The translations under genes and the position numbers were made by a program. Under the pieces are notes generated by a model that ran no database searches, was not told where the DNA came from, and saw nothing but the letters and a program-made list of their open reading frames with translations. Positions 1 to 12,443 of a stretch of DNA of 64,000 nucleotides are shown piece after piece; positions within the stretch are counted from its first letter, which is position 1, and every line of letters begins with the position of its first letter. The DNA is from an uncultured Chloroflexia bacterium (GTDB lineage: Bacteria; Chloroflexota; Chloroflexia; Thermomicrobiales; UBA6265). The stretch is from contig CAVRUC010000004.1 of the NCBI GenBank assembly GCA_963724295.1, forward strand, positions 96,001 through 160,000. The letters run 5' to 3'.

Positions 1-192
1 TCGCAGTTCGCGCCGCTCGCCGTCCATCGTCACCAGGACGTCAGCATTCTTCGCCAGAAATGTCGTCACGCTCTCCCTCTCCGTCATTTTCGAGGCGACT
101 TCCTGTGTTAAGGTTCGCCGCATTATCCACACGAACGACCAATGCGCCGCGGCTGCGCCTAGCGGGGAGCCGCGCTGGGTACATCACCTCGC

Positions 193-1254
193 ATGCAGGA
201 TCAGCTGGTCGACATCCTCGCCGTCGTCTCTGGGATCGTCGTAATCATCGTTTCGACCGGTATCGCCATCCGCACCTTCATGGTGCCGACCGGGGCGCCG
301 CCACTTATCAACCGGGTCCTCTTCCGCCTTACCCAGGCGCTGTTCGACGCGATCATCCGCCCCATTCGTTCCGAAGCTCGCCGGCAGGCTGTGCTCAGCC
401 TGTTCGCCCCCGTGTCGCTGCTGGTGGTCCTGGCCGTGGTCCTCGGCATGATCGGCTTTGGCTACACGCTCGCGCTCTATGGCGCCGGCATCAAGCCGAT
501 GCTGCGGGCGTTCCTCTTCAGTGGCTCCGCGCTCTCGACAATGGGGTTCGAATCCCCCGGGACTAATTTCTGGGTGATCGTGCTGTCGGCGGTCGAGGCA
601 CTGACAGTCGTCACCATCATCGCGCTGTTGATCGGATATCTGCCGACTATCTACTCGTCGTACCAGCAACGTGAGCAGGCGGTGGATAACCTCAACGAGC
701 TGACCGGTGCGCACCCCGACGGCATCAAAGTCGTCGACGCCTATGTCAACATCTTCGGCCCGTCGCGACTCGGCGAGTTGTGGCAAACCTGGCTGGCCTG
801 GTTCGCCGACCTCGCCACGTCCGGATCGACCCTCTCCGGCGAGCTCTATCTCCGCTCCTCGCGCTGGGACCGCTCGTGGATCAGCGCGGCGGGGGCGATG
901 CTCGACGCGGCCGCGCTGGTCGACTCCAGCCTCGAACTCGCCACCGATCCAGCCGCCGACCGGCTCGTGCGCTTCGGCTCGCGAACGCTGCGCGGGGTCC
1001 TGGAGCCGCTCCGCCTGCGCTGCCCGGAGCAGCCGAAGTGGCCGCAAACCCCGACCAATATCACCCAGCAGGAGTTCGAGGACGCCTACGATCATCTGCA
1101 GCAATCGGGGCTGCCGATGAAACCGGACAAGAGTGCCGCCTGGCAAACCTTCGCCCAGCATCGCGTGCAATACGAATGCGCATTGATGACGCTGGTGCGG
1201 CTGAAGAAGCCACCACGCGGCTGCCGCTGGACAACGGATCGAGACGAGACTTAG
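193..1254 (+). CDS. Membrane protein, two-TM potassium-channel-like (Ion_trans_2-like) with cytoplasmic C-terminal domain
   Basis: 353-aa ORF with hydrophobic helices flanking a pore-helix-like segment FLFSGSALSTMGFE (degenerate TxGYG filter), then a soluble C-terminus. Confidence 0.55.
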   Translation: MQDQLVDILAVVSGIVVIIVSTGIAIRTFMVPTGAPPLINRVLFRLTQALFDAIIRPIRSEARRQAVLSLFAPVSLLVVLAVVLGMIGFGYTLALYGAGIKPMLRAFLFSGSALSTMGFESPGTNFWVIVLSAVEALTVVTIIALLIGYLPTIYSSYQQREQAVDNLNELTGAHPDGIKVVDAYVNIFGPSRLGELWQTWLAWFADLATSGSTLSGELYLRSSRWDRSWISAAGAMLDAAALVDSSLELATDPAADRLVRFGSRTLRGVLEPLRLRCPEQPKWPQTPTNITQQEFEDAYDHLQQSGLPMKPDKSAAWQTFAQHRVQYECALMTLVRLKKPPRGCRWTTDRDET

Positions 1255-1320
1255 CAGCCGCTGGCCATTCCCCTGACCGGCACGACACTCGTCGGAAGCG
1301 ACGCGCCAAAGGGGTCTAGA

Positions 1321-4239
<2,919 letters not shown>

Positions 4240-4245
4240 GAAACA

Positions 4246-4272
4246 GAGATCCTCGCTCGGGGCGCTCGGAAT
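4246..4272 (-). repeat. Degenerate GTCATYC-type REP-like palindrome
   Basis: Minus strand reads ATTCCGAGCGCCCCGAGCGAGGATCTC, similar to the element at 48265-48290. Confidence 0.4.
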
Positions 4273-4287
4273 CTGCGGGGATTCATC

Positions 4288-4301
4288 CGAACAAACGATC
4301 G
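4288..4301. promoter_or_regulatory. LexA (SOS) box, Gram-positive/Chloroflexi GAAC-N4-GTTC type, upstream of uvrA
   Basis: CGAAC-AAAC-GATCG, one mismatch from the GAAC-N4-GTTC core; lies just downstream of the predicted -10. Confidence 0.7.
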
Positions 4302-4310
4302 CAATATGTC

Positions 4311-4340
4311 AGTGTAGCATCCGCCGTGCCCACCGGTCAG
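4311..4340 (-). promoter_or_regulatory. Putative sigma70 promoter of uvrA
   Basis: Minus strand CTGACC-18 bp-TACACT with extended TG (TGcTACACT). Confidence 0.5.
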
Positions 4341-4590
4341 GGGTAGTGATTCGTGTTGCGGCGGGAAGCCGGCACGTCGGGAGCTCGGAGTCAAAGGGCT
4401 CGACTGTCAGAACGCGGACTGCCACCATCCTCGCCGAAGGCCACCCTGATTCACCACGTTGAGCGCCCCCTTCGCTGCCAGTTATATCAGGCAAACCGGA
4501 CAGATTCGAGCCTGATTCCCGTTCCCAGAGACGGGCGGCCGGCCGCGGCAACCGCGGGACGGCATAGCACGCAGGGTCAGGACATTTCGG

Positions 4591-5001
4591 TCAGGCGGGG
4601 CATGGGCGCAGGCAGATCCGCCGGGATCGGTTGTTGCAGCACCTGGAAACCTTCGCGCAGAATTTCCCCCGGCCGCAGGGCCGGCGCTCGCTGCACTGGT
4701 CCTTCCGCGGGCAGTCATTCGGTGACTCGAAGCGGGCCGCGCACCGTACATGGTGACCCGGAGTCTGAACGCAGACGCATTCCGGGGAGCCGCCGCAGTT
4801 GGTACTGACGCAGCTGTGCTTGCTGATGATCTGGTCCGGCTCCAGTGTCCGGCAGAAGTCGTTTCCGGCCGCCTCAGAGAGCGGTACGTCTCGCCGCAGC
4901 CCGGAGAATCCAACGAAGAGGGCTCCCGCCCCGACGGCCAAGCGCCGCGTGGTCCGGCGACCGATTGCCTTCGCAATGCGGTCGAAGCGGTCGTTCTCCA
5001 C
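4591..5001 (-). CDS. Small Cys-rich secreted protein with twin-arginine-like leader
   Basis: GTG start at 5001 after GGAGG; leader ENDRFDRIAKAIGRRTTRRLAVGAGALF; 14 Cys in the mature region. Confidence 0.75.
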   Translation of the reverse strand: MENDRFDRIAKAIGRRTTRRLAVGAGALFVGFSGLRRDVPLSEAAGNDFCRTLEPDQIISKHSCVSTNCGGSPECVCVQTPGHHVRCAARFESPNDCPRKDQCSERRPCGRGKFCAKVSRCCNNRSRRICLRPCPA

Positions 5002-5254
5002 TGAACTTCCTCCGGGGTAACGTACGGCAACCGTGTCAAACAATGTGCCACCTCATCATAACAGACCCAGGGCAATCATTGGAGCCTGGTACGGTGGACT
5101 CTGCTCACGGCTCCGCTCTTTGAGGCTGGTTCACCAACGTCGGGGGATTGCCGCTTGGCGAGACGGCGTGCCTGTTGAGGGCGGCGAGCATCAGCGGCAG
5201 CTCGACCTGGCCGGGTTGCCGATTGCCAGACGGCGCTCCATGTCCACGATCTGT

Positions 5255-5284
5255 TTGACACGCGGCGTGAGTGGGGGACAAAAT
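5255..5284 (+). promoter_or_regulatory. Putative sigma70 promoter of valS
   Basis: TTGACA (5255-5260)-18 bp-CAAAAT (5279-5284). Confidence 0.45.
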
Positions 5285-5407
5285 CGTCGCTTGGCGTCAC
5301 ACGTCGTGGTCGCCGGCAATGAGTTCCGCCGTCATCGCCAACCGCACCCAGTGGAGCAGGCCCTGTTCCACGGGTCGAGCCCTGGTGGTTAGCGTAGAGA
5401 AAGACCC

Positions 5408-8095
5408 ATGACCATCGCTGAGGCCGCCAAACCGGGTGTCGAGTCGTCACTTGGCAAAGCCTATGATCCCCGTCTGGTCGAAACCGGCGTCTACGATCGC
5501 TGGGACGATGCCGGCTATTTTCAGCCGCGCGAGCGACCGGATCGCGAGCCGTTCGTGGTCGTCATGCCACCGCCGAATGTCACCGGCGAGCTTCACATTG
5601 GCCACGCCCTGTTCGTGACTGTCGAAGACATCATGATCCGCTGGCATCGCATGCTCGGCGATCCCACGCTCTGGATTCCCGGCGCGGACCACGCGGGCAT
5701 CGCCGGCCAGTGGGTGGTCGAAAAGGAGCTCGCTAAAGAGGGATTGACCCGGCACGATCTCGGGCGCGAGAAGTTCCTGCAGCGGGTCTGGCAATTCATG
5801 AACCAGTACCGCGGTCGCATCCGTGAGCAGATGATGATCCTGGGCGCCTCGTGCGACTGGACCCGCTTCGTCTTTACGATGGACCCCGGTCCTTCCCGCG
5901 CGGTGCGCCACGTCTTCAAGCGGCTCTACGACAAGGGACTCATCTACCGTGGAGAGCGGCTGATCTCCTGGTGCCCACGCTGTCAGACCGCGCTCTCCGA
6001 CCTGGAGGTCGTCCACCGCGACGAAGCGGGCTCCCTGTGGACCATTGCCTACCCAATCGACCTGGAGGGGAGCGACGAGGTCATTACCGTCGCGACCACC
6101 CGGCCGGAGACGATGCTCGGCGACACCGGGGTGGCCGTCCATCCCGACGACGACCGCTACCGCCACCTGGTGGGGAAGAAGGTACGCCTGCCCATCCTCG
6201 ACCGCCTGATCCCGATCGTAGCCGACGACGCGGTCGACCCGGCATTCGGCACCGGGGCGGTGAAAGTGACCCCCGGCCACGATCCGAACGACTTCGAGAT
6301 CGGCAGGCGGCAGGGGTTACCTGCAATCAACGTGATGAACACCGACGGCACCATGAACGGCGAAGCCGGGCCGTTCGCCGGGATGCCGATCGCTGCCGCC
6401 CGCTCCGCCGTCGTCCAGCGCCTGCGGGAGGAGGGCCGGTTGTTGCACACCGAGCCGCACATGCATGCAGTCGGCCACTGCCAGCGCTGCGACACAGTCG
6501 TCGAGCCGTTGATCTCGACGCAGTGGTTCGTGCGTATGGATGAGCTGGCAAGACCGGCGATCGCGGCGGCAAGGGACGGCAGTCTGCAGTTCGTGCCGGA
6601 GCATTTCCGATCCGTCTACCTCAACTGGCTGGAGAACATCCACGACTGGACGGTCTCGCGCCAGCTCTGGTGGGGTCACCGCATCCCAGTCTGGTACTGC
6701 CAGCGTTGCGGGGAGACGATCGTCACGGAAGAGGAGACGCTGGGCGCCTGCCCGCATTGTAGCGGGCCGGTCGACCAGGACCCAGACGTGCTCGACACGT
6801 GGTTTTCCTCCGGACTCTGGCCGTTCTCGACCCTGGGCTGGCCGGATGACACCCCGGACCTGCGCCGCTACTACCCGTCTTCGGTGATGGAGACCGGCTA
6901 CGAGATCCTCTTCTTCTGGGTGGCGCGGATGGTCATGTTCGGTCTCGAAGTCATGGGCGAGCTGCCCTTCCACACCGTGTACCTGCACGGGACGGTGCGC
7001 GACGTCGAAGGCGCAAAGATGAGCAAGACCAAGGGCAACGTGATGGATCCGACCGCCGTCACGGCCGAGTATGGCGCCGACGCCCTCCGCTTCGCCCTCG
7101 TCACCCAGAGCGGCCCGGGGAATGATCTGCGCCTGGATATCCAGAAGGTCGAGGACGCCCGTAACTTCGCCAACAAGCTCTGGAATGCAACCCGTTTCGC
7201 GCTACGGCCGATCGGCGAGGCGCAGGTCGTCACGGACGAGGGCGGCCCCGCGCGTCCCGACGGCGAGCTCGCGTTGGCCGATCGCTGGATCCTCAGTCGC
7301 CTGGACGCCACCATCGAGGACGCCAACCGCTTGATGCGAGCACACCAGTACGGCGAGGCGGGAAAGACGATTCGCGAGTTCGTCTGGTCCGAGCTGTGTG
7401 ACTGGTACATCGAAGCAGCCAAGGTGCGGCAACGTGGCTCCTCCGCGGAGCGACAGGCTGTCGCGCAGACACTTGCCTACGCCATGGAGCGCTCCGTCCG
7501 CCTCCTGCATCCCTTCATGCCGTTTGTCACCGAAGCACTGTGGCAGGAGCTGCCCCATGCCGGTGAGAGCGTGATGATTGCCGCCTGGCCCGAAGCAGGA
7601 GCCCGGGACGAGTCCGCCGAGACGGACTTCGGCGCCCTCATCGAGATCGTACGCGCCATTCGCAACGCCCGCACCGAAGCGGGCGTCGAGCCCGGCCGCT
7701 GGATCGCGGCGGAGATCTTCCCCGGCCCGCACCGTGCGGCCTTTGAAACCGCGCGCCGGGAGCTGGCGACGCTGGCCCGCATCGCCGACGATGAGTTGGT
7801 CATGCTCGACGGGGCGCCGGAGGGGAGCCAGAGCGCGCTCACCGCCGTGGCCGGCAACGTCGTGGCCACGTTGCCGCTGACGGGGATGGTCGATCTGGAA
7901 GCGGAGCGGGAGCGGCTGCGCAAAGAGATCGCCGCGATGATGGCCGAGCGCGACCGGGCGCAAGCCCAGCTCGGCAACGAGGCGTTCGTCTCACGGGCTC
8001 CGGATCAGGTGGTTGCCATCCAGCGCCAGCGTCTGGCGACCGCGGAAGAGCAAATCGCGCTCCTGGAGCGCCGCCTCGCGGAGCTGGATGCCTGA
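5408..8095 (+). CDS. valS: Valine--tRNA ligase
   Basis: PPPNVTGELHIGH (HIGH motif), KMSKT, SRQLWWGHRIP, DVLDTWFSS, C-terminal coiled coil. Confidence 0.98.
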   Translation: MTIAEAAKPGVESSLGKAYDPRLVETGVYDRWDDAGYFQPRERPDREPFVVVMPPPNVTGELHIGHALFVTVEDIMIRWHRMLGDPTLWIPGADHAGIAGQWVVEKELAKEGLTRHDLGREKFLQRVWQFMNQYRGRIREQMMILGASCDWTRFVFTMDPGPSRAVRHVFKRLYDKGLIYRGERLISWCPRCQTALSDLEVVHRDEAGSLWTIAYPIDLEGSDEVITVATTRPETMLGDTGVAVHPDDDRYRHLVGKKVRLPILDRLIPIVADDAVDPAFGTGAVKVTPGHDPNDFEIGRRQGLPAINVMNTDGTMNGEAGPFAGMPIAAARSAVVQRLREEGRLLHTEPHMHAVGHCQRCDTVVEPLISTQWFVRMDELARPAIAAARDGSLQFVPEHFRSVYLNWLENIHDWTVSRQLWWGHRIPVWYCQRCGETIVTEEETLGACPHCSGPVDQDPDVLDTWFSSGLWPFSTLGWPDDTPDLRRYYPSSVMETGYEILFFWVARMVMFGLEVMGELPFHTVYLHGTVRDVEGAKMSKTKGNVMDPTAVTAEYGADALRFALVTQSGPGNDLRLDIQKVEDARNFANKLWNATRFALRPIGEAQVVTDEGGPARPDGELALADRWILSRLDATIEDANRLMRAHQYGEAGKTIREFVWSELCDWYIEAAKVRQRGSSAERQAVAQTLAYAMERSVRLLHPFMPFVTEALWQELPHAGESVMIAAWPEAGARDESAETDFGALIEIVRAIRNARTEAGVEPGRWIAAEIFPGPHRAAFETARRELATLARIADDELVMLDGAPEGSQSALTAVAGNVVATLPLTGMVDLEAERERLRKEIAAMMAERDRAQAQLGNEAFVSRAPDQVVAIQRQRLATAEEQIALLERRLAELDA

Positions 8096-8699
8096 GCTGA
8101 ACGAGCACCTGGAGCGGGCGTTCTACGAGCGCCCAACGGTGGAAGTCGCCCGCGACCTCCTTGGCCAAGTGCTCGTTTCCGTGACACCAGGGGGCCGCAC
8201 GGCCGGCCGCATCGTCGAGACCGAGGCCTACCTCGGCGCAAACGACCCCGCGTCGCACGCGGCTCGCCTGCGCACGGGGCGGGTCGAGGCGATGTGGGGC
8301 GAACCGGGCATCGCCTATGTCTATCGCTCCTACGGCATCCATGCCATGCTCAACGTCGTCACCGAACCGGTGGGCGAGACTGGGGCGGTGCTGATCCGCG
8401 CGCTCGAGCCGGTGATCGGCGTCGATCTGATGCGAGCTCGCCGCGGACTCGACGACGAACGGCTGCTTTGCTCGGGTCCGGGAAAGCTCTGCCAGGCGCT
8501 CGGCATCGCTCTCGAGATGCATGGCACCGATCTCGTAACGAGCGACAGGCTCTGGGTCGCGCCGGGCGAAACACCCAGCGAAGTTTCCACCTCCGGCCGC
8601 ATCGGCATCAGTCGCGGTCAGGCGCATCCCTGGCGCTACTGGATCACCGGCAATCCCCACGTCTCTGCCCATCGCCGCGCCCTTCCGCCCTCGGACTGA
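8088..8699 (+). CDS. mpg: DNA-3-methyladenine glycosylase (MPG/AAG family)
   Basis: ATG at 8088 overlaps valS by 8 nt; motifs GRIVETEAY, YVYRSYGIH, AVLIRALEP, GPGKLCQALGI. Confidence 0.93.
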   Translation: MPELNEHLERAFYERPTVEVARDLLGQVLVSVTPGGRTAGRIVETEAYLGANDPASHAARLRTGRVEAMWGEPGIAYVYRSYGIHAMLNVVTEPVGETGAVLIRALEPVIGVDLMRARRGLDDERLLCSGPGKLCQALGIALEMHGTDLVTSDRLWVAPGETPSEVSTSGRIGISRGQAHPWRYWITGNPHVSAHRRALPPSD

Positions 8700-8780
8700 A
8701 GCGGTCCAGACGCGTGGTACGCTAGGTCGGGCCCCTGACCGCACCGCTCTGCAAGTGCAAGACCATTGCGTGGACGCCGC

Positions 8781-10530
8781 ATGATCCTCCGCCTGCTTGA
8801 CGAACGAACGATCGGCAAGATCGCCGCCGGAGAGGTCGTCGAGCGCCCGGTTTCCGTCGTCAAGGAGCTGGTCGAAAACGCGATCGACGCCGGCGCTGCC
8901 CGGATCCGGGTGGCGGTGCGGGGTGGCGGCATCGAGTTGATCGAGGTCGTCGATGACGGTTGCGGTATCGCGCCCGCGGATCTGCCACTGGCGGTCTGCC
9001 GGCACGCAACGTCGAAGCTGACGTCGTTCGAGGACCTGGATAGCCTCACCACGCTCGGGTTCCGCGGCGAAGCACTGCCGAGCATCGGCGCCATCTCCGA
9101 CCTCGCTATCCGCTCCCGCACGCCGGACACTTCGCACGCCTCACTCCTGCGCGTCACGTTCGGCGAAGTGGCCGCGCCGGTAACGGTCGGCGCCGGTCAG
9201 GGCACCGCCGTGACCGCCCGCGATCTGTTCGGCAATGTTCCTGCTCGCCGCAAGTTCCTGCGCCAACCCTCGACCGAGACCAGCTACATCCAGCGCGCTG
9301 TTGCCGCCTATGCGGCCATGTACCCGGCTGTTGCCTTCGAGCTGATGATCGACGGCCGCCGCGCCTTCGCCACAGCTGGTTCCGGCGATGCGGTTGCCGC
9401 GGCAACCGCTGCCTGGGGCGGGGAGGTCGGCCGCGCGGCAATCATGCTGGAACCGCTCGACGAGTCGACCGCCGTTCCAGGAGTCACCGTCGATGGCTGG
9501 ATCACCGCCCCGGAGCTGTCGCGCTCTCATCGTCAAGGAATCGTCATCTTCGTCAACGGCCGATGGGTGCAGAACCGGGCGCTGGCCTTTGCCCTCGAGG
9601 AGGCGTATCACTCGCTCCTCCTCGTGGGGCGACATCCGCTGGCCGCCATCCACATCCGTCTCGATCCGGCGGCGGTCGACGTCAACGTCCACCCCACCAA
9701 AGCCGAGGTGAAGTTCGTCGACGAACGGGCGGCCTGCCGGGCCGTGCAGCGCGCCGTGCACACCGCGCTCGCCCGCCGATCCCACGGCGATCTGCCCCAG
9801 GTCCGGTTCGAACCGATCCCATTCGCGCCGCCCGCGAGGCAGCGGCCGATTCCCTTCGCGCCTCCGCGATTTGGTTCCCTTGGGATCGAGACGAGAGATT
9901 CCGTGCCGGAAACGGAACCCCCGGCTCCTAACGGATCGGGTTCCGCCCATCCGTCCGGGGTGCCGATGTTGCGCGTCCTCGGCCAGATCGCGGCCAGTTA
10001 CATCATTGCCGAGGGTCCCGACGGCATGTACTTGATCGATCAGCACGCCGCGCACGAGCGCGTACTTTACGAGCGCATCCTGACCCAGCTGCGAGAGCAG
10101 GCGGTGGACCGCCAGACCTTGCTCGATCCGCTTGTGGTCGATCTCACCCCGGAGGAGATGACCGCCTTCGAGCGGTCAGCAGCCGAGCTTGCCGAGATCG
10201 GGTTCGAGATCGACCGCTGGGACGGCGGCGCCGTGGCGGTGCGCGCGATACCTGCCGCTGGTCAAAGGCGTCGACGTCGCTCAGCGCCTGAGGCTGATCC
10301 TGCGCGAGCTGGCCGAGGGCGGACAGGGAGAATCGTGGCTCGACGCCGTCGCCGTAAGCACGGCCTGCCACACCTCAATCCGCGCCGGGCAGCCCCTCTC
10401 GATTCCGGAGATGCGAGAGCTCGTCTCCGCGCTGGAGAGTGCCTCCCAGCCGCGCGCCTGCGGCCACGGCCGGCCGACGATGCTGCACCTCTCCGGCAGC
10501 GATCTCGAGAAGCAGTTTCAGCGACGTTAG
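8781..10530 (+). CDS. mutL: DNA mismatch repair endonuclease MutL (one frameshift near 10255)
   Basis: KIAAGEVVERP, KELVENAIDAG, GFRGEAL, DVNVHPTK, DQHAAHERVLYE; C-terminal ACH and CGHGRP motifs continue in another frame ending at 10530. Confidence 0.93.
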
Positions 10531-10538
10531 GAGAACGC

Positions 10539-10994
10539 ATGCCCCCGTTGCACGCCTCCGCCGAGCGCACCGTCCCCGCCCCGGCCGAGGCGGTTTACGC
10601 CCTGCTCGCCGACTACCGCGCTGGTCACCCCCGGATTTTGCCACCGGCCTTCTCTGACCTGACGGTGCTGCGGGGAGGGACCGGCGCTGGCACCGAGATT
10701 CGATTTGCGATGACACTCGGCGGACGGAAGCAAGTCGTCGAGGCGAGCGTCGCCGAACCAGAACCCGGCCGCGTGCTCACCGAGACCTATCGCGAAAAGA
10801 ACGCGGTGACCAGCTTCACTGTTGACCCGGTGGGGAATCAAAGTCGCGTCCGGATCGAGACCTCGTGGGATGCGAGCCGCGGACTCGCCGGACTGATCGA
10901 ACGACTCATCATGCCACGCCTCTTCCGCAAGATCTATGCGCAGGAGCTCGATCTCATCGAGCGCTGGGCCATCGACCAGAAGACAGCGGCATGA
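10539..10994 (+). CDS. SRPBCC (polyketide cyclase/START-like) family protein
   Basis: ATG at 10539 after AGGAG; ERTVPAPAEAVYALLADY...HPRILP pattern; 151 aa. Confidence 0.8.
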   Translation: MPPLHASAERTVPAPAEAVYALLADYRAGHPRILPPAFSDLTVLRGGTGAGTEIRFAMTLGGRKQVVEASVAEPEPGRVLTETYREKNAVTSFTVDPVGNQSRVRIETSWDASRGLAGLIERLIMPRLFRKIYAQELDLIERWAIDQKTAA

Positions 10995-11112
10995 TGCCCG
11001 CATCGAGCACGGAACCGGCCAGCGTTGACACTACCCCTCGAAGCCTGTCGAGGTCGTAGGTGGCGACGCGCAGTAATCCCCGTCGCATCCCAACTCTGGC
11101 GCCGAATCGTGC

Positions 11113-12249
11113 TCATGCCCGAGCTTTCGTTACGCCGTACAGACCGCGGCGGAACACGGGCGACGCCTCGGGAAGTGCTAGGTCAGCGATTCCAGCCGAG
11201 CCCTTCGTATAGACCGGATGGTCTCCGGGCAAAGGCAGCGTGACTTCCGCCACCAGCGCCGCCGAGACGTAGGCACCAAGCACGGCGGCGAGAACGCGTA
11301 ACCCGCTCTCGCCGCTGGCGATGGGCTCCGCGTTCGCCGCGACCGCGTCACGGAAATCACCGGCGATACCGGCCATGCCGTAGGCGATAGCGTCACGTGG
11401 GGTCCACGACCGGCTACCCGACTCCGTGACGACGTCCAGCCGTGCGGCCGGGACGAATGGGTGGGTGCCGAAGTCGATGTTGGTCATCACCACGCGGCCC
11501 CGGGTGCCGCCGATCTCGACGCCGCCCGGCCCGACGCCCCAGGCCATATTGACCAGTGCCTGGCCGCTGGCATAGACGTAGCGGACGAGGGCGATGTCTT
11601 CCACGTCACCGTCGCCTTCGAGTCGCTTGTCGACCCAGGCCGACACGGCCAGAGGCGGACCTCCCATGAACCAGTTGGCGAGATAGACAACGTGCAGCAT
11701 GTCCATCAGCACGCCGCCGCCGGAATCTGCGGCGCGGTGTCGCCAGCGCGGGCTGTACGCCGCCGCGCCCGGGCGGTCTTCGACCCCCAGGTAGTTGAGC
11801 ACGGCGATTTCCGGCTGGCCGATCTCCCCTGAGTCGAGCACCGCTTTGATGTCCCGATAGACCGGCATGAAGTGGTAGTTATGGACCGTGGCCAGCGTGA
11901 CGCCGTTGGCGTGCGAAGCGTCGATCATGGCCTGCGCGTCGGCGGGCGTCAGCGCCAGCGGCTTCTCCGCCAGGACATGCTTGCCAGCCCCGGCCGCCGC
12001 GATTACGATCTCCGGCCGATAGCGCTGCGGCGTGGCGACGATCACCGCCTCGACATCCTCTCGCGAGAGAATCTCGCGCCAGTCGCCGTGGAGATCGCCG
12101 GGACCGAGTCCCGCCGCGGCAGCGGCCGCCTGAAGCCGTTCCGGGGTCGGGTCCGCCGCGGCGGCGATCGTCATCCCCTCGTTCGCCAGCACCGCTGGGA
12201 TGTGCGCGTTGACCCCGACGTTGCCGCACCCGATCAACCCGATTCGCAT
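11113..12249 (-). CDS. Gfo/Idh/MocA family oxidoreductase
   Basis: MRIGLIGCGNVG Rossmann motif, HVLAEKPLA, GGGVLMDMLH. Confidence 0.92.
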   Translation of the reverse strand: MRIGLIGCGNVGVNAHIPAVLANEGMTIAAAADPTPERLQAAAAAAGLGPGDLHGDWREILSREDVEAVIVATPQRYRPEIVIAAAGAGKHVLAEKPLALTPADAQAMIDASHANGVTLATVHNYHFMPVYRDIKAVLDSGEIGQPEIAVLNYLGVEDRPGAAAYSPRWRHRAADSGGGVLMDMLHVVYLANWFMGGPPLAVSAWVDKRLEGDGDVEDIALVRYVYASGQALVNMAWGVGPGGVEIGGTRGRVVMTNIDFGTHPFVPAARLDVVTESGSRSWTPRDAIAYGMAGIAGDFRDAVAANAEPIASGESGLRVLAAVLGAYVSAALVAEVTLPLPGDHPVYTKGSAGIADLALPEASPVFRRGLYGVTKARA

Positions 12250-12366
12250 GCTCGCTCTCCGCGCTTCAAGCTGGACCATCTGACGCAGCGGAAGCACCGT
12301 CCGCTCCACGCCGGCGATGCCGTGCACGTAGACGGATGAGAATGAATGTTTCGACAGCGCCGGGCG

Positions 12367-12395
12367 ACACTAGCAACATGCCTCAGCACTGTCAA
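12367..12395 (-). promoter_or_regulatory. Putative sigma70 promoter of the Gfo/Idh/MocA gene
   Basis: Minus strand TTGACA-17 bp-TAGTGT with extended TG. Confidence 0.55.
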
Positions 12396-12443
12396 CAATC
12401 GGCTGATGCGGACTCGGGGAGTATGATGTCGCCGTAGGGGCGA

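Noticed and set aside
5285..5407. T-box riboswitch upstream of valS
   Set aside because: Only TGGTGG is present; no GGTGGnACCGCG T-box, specifier stem or terminator was recognised.
10240..10270. Programmed ribosomal frameshift in mutL or the other broken genes
   Set aside because: No slippery heptamer or stimulatory structure was seen, and the breaks are numerous and clustered, as expected for assembly errors.
8766..10994. Apparent 742-aa MutL-SRPBCC fusion
   Set aside because: Caused by the frameshift near 10255. The MutL C-terminal motifs end at 10530 in another frame, and SRPBCC has its own RBS and ATG at 10539.
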